Shown: one piece after another, positions 33,001-33,716 of the stretch
Layout: every line of letters begins with the position of its first letter
Numbering within the stretch: position 1 is the first letter of the stretch
Assembly (NCBI GenBank): GCA_043812495.1
Contig: JBDRMG010000053.1
Coordinates: 1-33,716 of the forward strand
Reading direction: 5' to 3'
Source of the DNA: Candidatus Omnitrophota bacterium
GTDB lineage: Bacteria; Omnitrophota; Gorgyraeia; Zapsychrales; JBDRMG01
Length of the DNA stretch: 33,716 nt
Made by a program: the position numbers and the translations under genes
The notes under the pieces: model-generated
Told to the model about the DNA's origin: nothing
Database searches by the model: none
The model's input: only the letters and a program-made list of their open reading frames with translations

Positions 33001-33714
33001 CAACTGTTAAGTAGCCAAATCCTTTTGCATTTTCTTAGCAAACCATCCTCAGAAATGAAGGAAATTTTCTTTGCGGAAGATGCGGGGAAGGTGACCGAGG
33101 ATGATCTTAGGGAAATGCTTCAAACCATCAGGGATGTTTCCTGCGCCTCATGCATCCGGGCCGTAAGAAAGCTTCTCTTTCATAGAGATTTAAAAATTAG
33201 CCGTTATGTTGCGGAGATTTTAGCCAGGGTCGGCATCAAAAGCGACAATAGAGAAAGGACTTTACAAAGATTAGTCAGAAGGCAAGTCCATCTTATGGGA
33301 GAAATCAAAGTGCTGCAAGAAAAAATGGAGGAGTTGTCCGCTGATCAAGAGAATGAACGCGAGAAAATCAAAAAGGACATCGCGCAACGGCAGAACTTTG
33401 TGGATTTTCTCGGGAAAAGCCAGGAGCAAATTGAACAGAGGGCTCATTATGCCAGAGAAATCGGCAATAGACTCAAAAACCAGAAAGAACCGGTCGAAAT
33501 TGAGCTTTATGGCGAAGGGGTCGAATGGATGAAAGTTGCGCCGGAAGCTGTCTGGATCATCAATCAGTTGAATCAGACCGGTTTATCGGTTACGGATATT
33601 CGCGGTTCCTTAAGCGTGCGAAGCATTATTTTTGACTATGTTCTTTCCCCGGAGAAATCATCGAAAAAAATTGAATTTATTTTTCATCCGCTGAACCTGA
33701 CGATTCTTTCATCG
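1..33714 (+). CDS. Partial giant multidomain membrane protein (at least 11,238 aa; start and stop lie outside the window)
   Basis: Manual translation of frame +1 shows no TAA/TAG/TGA across the window. No plus-strand ORF in the track is in frame +1. More than a dozen recognisable domain motifs all fall in this frame. Confidence 0.93.
445..843 (+). other. Sigma-70 region 2(-3)-like domain of the giant ORF
   Basis: AARDVLMVMMTPLV...REDLIHVGLYG...GLVYALGKLKDFDPKSSTLQTFLAKMIRWAIIQE resembles the region-2 pattern EDLxQxG..GL..A..xFDP....F.T.A...IR.AI. It is followed by ISIHGSL...DDSDIKTLEDKL, like the end of region 3. Confidence 0.7.
949..1494 (+). repeat. Tandem 96-aa (288-nt period) helical protein repeat
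   Basis: IDSLRQNILKKNPALQEAMSSMDREEIERLIHAL...CLF...AAERLNDKL aligns with VDILREKILGQYPSLEKAMGTMGQSEIRRLIQTL...CLF...AARSLNEIL. Anchors at 961/1249 and 1168/1456 both differ by 288. Confidence 0.85.
1894..3050 (+). other. Putative zincin-like metallopeptidase module after a signal-peptide-like segment
   Basis: VILWHEKIHAF gives HExxH at 2722-2736, with LLEERE downstream as a possible third ligand. The module is preceded by hydrophobic GLTTLLILTPFIG...QAYA. Confidence 0.5.
3366..3750. repeat. Cluster of REP-like palindromes and heptamer repeats read through by the giant ORF
   Basis: Hairpins CGTTTTGCC-GTA-GGCAAAACG (3373-3393) and CGTTTTGCC-GAA-GGCAAAATG (3415-3435). AGCTATCAGC (3516-3525) / GCTGATAGCT (3571-3580) inverted repeat made of ~7-nt units. 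Also GGTTCGACTC...GAGTCGAGCC and CCGCC-GAA-GGCGG. Confidence 0.8.
3780..4130 (-). CDS. Nested antisense coiled-coil protein (116 aa, heptad repeats), function unknown
   Basis: MKSKGSK...FAVVLENIHSDIK...ADIAVLKSDVAILKSDVAVLKTDVSEIK, with 21-nt DNA periodicity. Start placed at ATG 4130 because a consensus promoter lies 10 nt upstream. Confidence 0.8.
   Translation of the reverse strand: MKSKGSKTTKAFKEFSKDREFAVVLENIHSDIKTIIDDLSVVKKKLDIVFEELGKQKEQIFIIQADIRIMKADIAVLKSDVAILKSDVAVLKTDVSEIKVSLKDHGHRLTHLETIK
4141..4169 (-). promoter_or_regulatory. Sigma70 promoter of the coiled-coil gene
   Basis: TTGACA (4169-4164), 17-bp spacer, TACAAT (4146-4141), then 10 nt to the ATG with no SD. Confidence 0.8.
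4680..5830 (+). other. Alpha/alpha-toroid domain (six-hairpin glycosidase or prenyltransferase-repeat-like)
   Basis: MLALQNSDGSWFG, YYIITGDDSVLDAAIAANDWILGQQD and SVWAQGTAQVGIA. The composition is acidic and extracellular-like. Confidence 0.55.
5917..6170 (+). other. T9SS type-A CTD-like / FlgD-Ig-like domain in an internal position
   Basis: NYPNPFNDETVIRYEL...TVRVYNMLGQLV...GVHEIRWDA...NGVYLIQIEA matches the characteristic motif string of this domain. Confidence 0.85.
6279..6686 (-). CDS. Nested antisense PIN-domain (VapC-like, PIN_3-type) toxin, 135 aa
   Basis: MLEAVIDTNVFISG...ELLNEL...ICRDIKDNMVLSCA...LVTGDKDILAL keeps the PIN acidic motifs. ATG 6686 overlaps the 3' end of the upstream gene. 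Confidence 0.92.
   Translation of the reverse strand: MLEAVIDTNVFISGLLKGSARAIINAFVEGRFLLVTSDELLNELVFAVRKPELSFAIPSADGELLIALIKEKARFNNPRIQVKICRDIKDNMVLSCALASKSYLVTGDKDILALSPLEGIEIVTPRAFLEILNKQ
6667..6900 (-). CDS. Nested antisense putative antitoxin (77 aa), cognate to the PIN toxin
   Basis: Small basic helical ORF directly upstream of the PIN gene, overlapping it by 20 nt. It has its own promoter and a paralog at 7951-8184. Confidence 0.8.
   Translation of the reverse strand: MIKIKLNSKQLKEAILELPTKDRVKLIQELERDTWKARFKQLLSRIDARLKKNPLSQKQITKIVHQARDEYYARSRH
6907..6935 (-). promoter_or_regulatory. Sigma70 promoter of the antitoxin-PIN operon (probably leaderless)
   Basis: TTGACA (6935-6930), 17 bp, TATACT (6912-6907), then 6 nt (TGAGTC) to ATG 6900. 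Confidence 0.85.
7896..7973 (-). pseudogene. C-terminal remnant of a second PIN toxin
   Basis: Reads LLSLSPFKGVEIFTPHAFLEILNKQ*, versus ILALSPLEGIEIVTPRAFLEILNKQ* in the intact copy. The rest of the gene is absent. Confidence 0.85.
7951..8184 (-). CDS. Nested antisense orphan antitoxin paralog (77 aa); its last residues come from the deletion junction
   Basis: MIK...P...L.+ETWAKRLDAILTSIDQR.K....S.K.I....EKAR is similar to the 6667-6900 product. SD AAGGAGGA at 8200-8193. Confidence 0.78.
   Translation of the reverse strand: MIKMSLDINEKEIEKIIDRMPIRFKIELFRKLQKETWAKRLDAILTSIDQRRKRLKISNKKISQEIEKARTSFTVPV
8212..8240 (-). promoter_or_regulatory. Sigma70 promoter of the orphan antitoxin
   Basis: TTGACA (8240-8235), 17 bp, TATACT (8217-8212). 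The hexamers are identical to the first copy while the spacer has diverged. Confidence 0.85.
8397..8520. repeat. Imperfect long hairpin built from ~7-nt CAAAT/ATTTG-type units
   Basis: AATGACAAATGGCAAATATCAAATGTCCAAT... is followed by complementary ...ATTTGTCATTGGTCATTTATTTGATATTGG...TTTGGCATT. Confidence 0.75.
9830..9996 (+). other. HisKA-like phosphoacceptor helical hairpin
   Basis: NLWHDVKNALGFITGGLGLLL...KAQEFLDLIVKGIHDAADII, with H-box HDVKNAL at 9856-9876. Confidence 0.6.
10050..10550 (+). other. Multi-pass TM bundle (about 5 hydrophobic segments)
   Basis: IALLAGLAVGLALAV; FVVLGYAFGVLLVAAGLFMALVA; IVLGIVGILSGSINIAMA; ILPLTAGITILIGLM; VGIIFGILTVIAGSAVMIL. Confidence 0.75.
11140..11590 (+). 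other. LMW protein-tyrosine-phosphatase / ArsC-like domain
   Basis: MTVLILCDYNLERSVMARAL gives Cx5RS (Cys 11158). Also IITAGI, AGLILVMTEEQ and KIFLL. The canonical DPY motif is not seen. Confidence 0.8.
12330..13010 (+). other. HemK/PrmC-like class I SAM methyltransferase domain
   Basis: PTVFSP, ILDSATGTGYL, YALDINPLA, FIISNSPSY (NPPY-like) and HDGGQAGRNYLSRF. Confidence 0.8.
13650..14980 (+). other. SidJ-related pseudokinase (glutamylase-like) domain
   Basis: LVFK...LLREVFW, DYFRYPNE, LFHSR...DGGIY...GRQDRWL.SC..PNFGVSGGRDFEH and TGPHLGEFNQ follow the motif order I recall for SidJ-family proteins. Confidence 0.72.
15180..15500 (+). other. Possible degenerate GNAT-like domain
   Basis: DRRAYSKELVRVILKWLKDEGFVQGRFFVSNKHAVSFLEQ resembles GNAT motifs A/B without the glycines. 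Confidence 0.35.
17780..18120 (+). other. Transglutaminase/papain-like domain with a Cys-His-Asp triad
   Basis: ICRKTAFALARIL (C 17857), LEVVSG...GHYFVSL (H 17980) and ALFLDGS (D 18028). Confidence 0.6.
20020..20463 (+). other. HATPase_c (histidine-kinase-type ATP-binding) domain
   Basis: N-box ELLKNAIVY, G1 IEDNNNGI, F-box LEKIF, G2 GGGVGLAEVKNIVDMHNGSI and terminal GTKFIITLP. Confidence 0.88.
20752..20999. repeat. Perfect 17-bp inverted repeat with a nested stem, followed by a REP-like palindrome pair
   Basis: AAGCCGCTGTGGCCAAA (20752-20768) / TTTGGCCACAGCGGCTT (20820-20836), with inner CTTGCTC/GAGCAAG. CCGACGCTCC (20854-20863) / GGAGCGTCGG (20990-20999). Confidence 0.85.
22150..22830. 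repeat. Dense cluster of heptamer/octamer repeats and REP/MITE-like palindromes read through in frame
   Basis: TCAAGTG-type 7-mers; twin hairpins at 22253-22308; CGCTA../TAGCG.. 7-mer arrays at about 22500-22600; CCGTCTTCGC (22623-22632) / GCGAAGACGG (22745-22754) enclosing further hairpins. Confidence 0.8.
22972..23193 (-). CDS. hicA: Nested antisense HicA-family toxin (73 aa)
   Basis: MPKIPSDISGQEAVKAFRKDGW...GSHIIM...SIPNHKILAKGTLRSLIRNANLTVEEF has the GSH motif and the P.H..L..GTL..I signature. Confidence 0.93.
   Translation of the reverse strand: MPKIPSDISGQEAVKAFRKDGWIIARYGSHIIMEKEGMCSVLSIPNHKILAKGTLRSLIRNANLTVEEFIKLL
23194..23409 (-). CDS. hicB: Nested antisense short HicB-family antitoxin (71 aa)
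   Basis: QDEDGWYVAECPAIPGCVSQGRTLKEVKENIKDAM. SD AAGGAGGT at 23425-23418. The stop codon directly abuts the hicA ATG. Confidence 0.93.
   Translation of the reverse strand: MKYKTIIKQDEDGWYVAECPAIPGCVSQGRTLKEVKENIKDAMRGCLEVLNRRAEREKAKHKEELLYEVSI
23444..23472 (-). promoter_or_regulatory. Sigma70 promoter of hicBA
   Basis: TTGACT (23472-23467), 17 bp, TATCTT (23449-23444), preceded by a TGn extended -10. Confidence 0.72.
23575..23975. repeat. Second, related repeat block (diverged copy of parts of 22110-22620)
   Basis: LLRYSKQIRAQ versus LLRYAKQVRAE. 23851-23941 resembles 22429-22519, with identical CAAACTCGCTCTACGCTATCCGCTA. GGATCCGG/GGATATCA 8-mers resemble those at 44-105. Confidence 0.8.
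24270..24510 (+). other. GNAT acetyltransferase domain
   Basis: FSILVNNEFAGY...FVLEKIKVKDHFSNQGIAMSILNWLALEAK...HNP matches motif A (V...x.QGIA). Confidence 0.7.
25560..25920 (+). other. Degenerate Fic/Doc domain
   Basis: IKRLHYLF...QVLGSGNHRVFGLAMNYILIKTGYSPL...EEYLRA. The HPFxxGNGR motif reads QVLGSGNHR (25789-25815). Confidence 0.65.
26200..26780 (+). other. Alpha/beta domain resembling the FLxRD-type domain found next to HAD hydrolases
   Basis: FAKWILDCEDFKGKKLVFLGRSCDLVY and GIVLINEMIFGAKG; weak motif resemblance only. Confidence 0.35.
26815..27815 (+). other. Gfo/Idh/MocA oxidoreductase domain
   Basis: IAILGCGRWA, ALLHGKDAFTEKPL, NLGIHLL and ITVCGEYGSMTLD. Confidence 0.88.
27865..29960 (+). 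other. GH77 4-alpha-glucanotransferase (amylomaltase, MalQ-like) domain
   Basis: WGVGDF, IQILPFN, APYS, DIPF, GVPPE...GQYW, RLDHVLGYYR, IWETLGVVP, YGLHDS and RLNTPG...QW..RL. Confidence 0.92.
30300..31620 (+). other. GlpX-like (class II fructose-1,6-bisphosphatase) domain, divergent
   Basis: NAEGEREGA, VYLEKYLLSPEVAGAPIDCSLPLKENV, GDATPAI...IDCFIGAGRGIEGLMAALILKQHGG and LDIHDLI follow GlpX motif order. The DPxxGT motif is replaced by DECAPA. Confidence 0.75.
31670..33240 (+). other. TPR/HEAT-like helical region
   Basis: TWTQLGNILEK...ALRTYQASL, TLNNTGDLLRRLGRYVESMDHY and LLFHRDLKISRYVAEILARVG. Confidence 0.55.
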
Positions 33715-33716
33715 GC

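Noticed and set aside
1..33716. Alternative genetic code or non-coding region as the explanation for the lack of long called ORFs
   Set aside because: Frame +1 is open under the standard code, and the nested genes end in TAA, TAG and TGA.
1..33716. tRNA, rRNA, transposase or integrase genes
   Set aside because: None recognised; the enzymes that might mobilise the repeats are not in this window.

Overview
The whole 33.7-kb window is the interior of one giant plus-strand reading frame. Translating frame +1 by eye, I found no stop codon from base 1 to 33714 (at least 11,238 codons, open at both ends). The ORF track omits it because it has no stop, and none of the track's plus-strand ORFs lie in frame +1. 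The protein is a chain of unrelated domains separated by hydrophobic TM or signal-like segments: sigma70-like, HExxH peptidase, alpha/alpha toroid with an NYPNPFN Ig-like domain, HisKA, LMW-PTP, HemK-like methyltransferase, SidJ-like pseudokinase, transglutaminase-like, HATPase_c, GNAT, Fic, Gfo/Idh/MocA, GH77 amylomaltase, GlpX and TPR/HEAT. This resembles the giant proteins of Ca. Omnitrophota (taxonomy is inference). Four small transcription units are nested antisense inside the frame without breaking it, each with its own sigma70 promoter with a 17-bp spacer: a coiled-coil gene, an antitoxin-PIN toxin pair, a paralogous orphan antitoxin with a deleted toxin, and hicB-hicA. REP/MITE-like palindromes and heptamer repeats, normally intergenic, are also read through in frame. 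Domain calls are motif recognition by eye, not database hits, and their boundaries are approximate.
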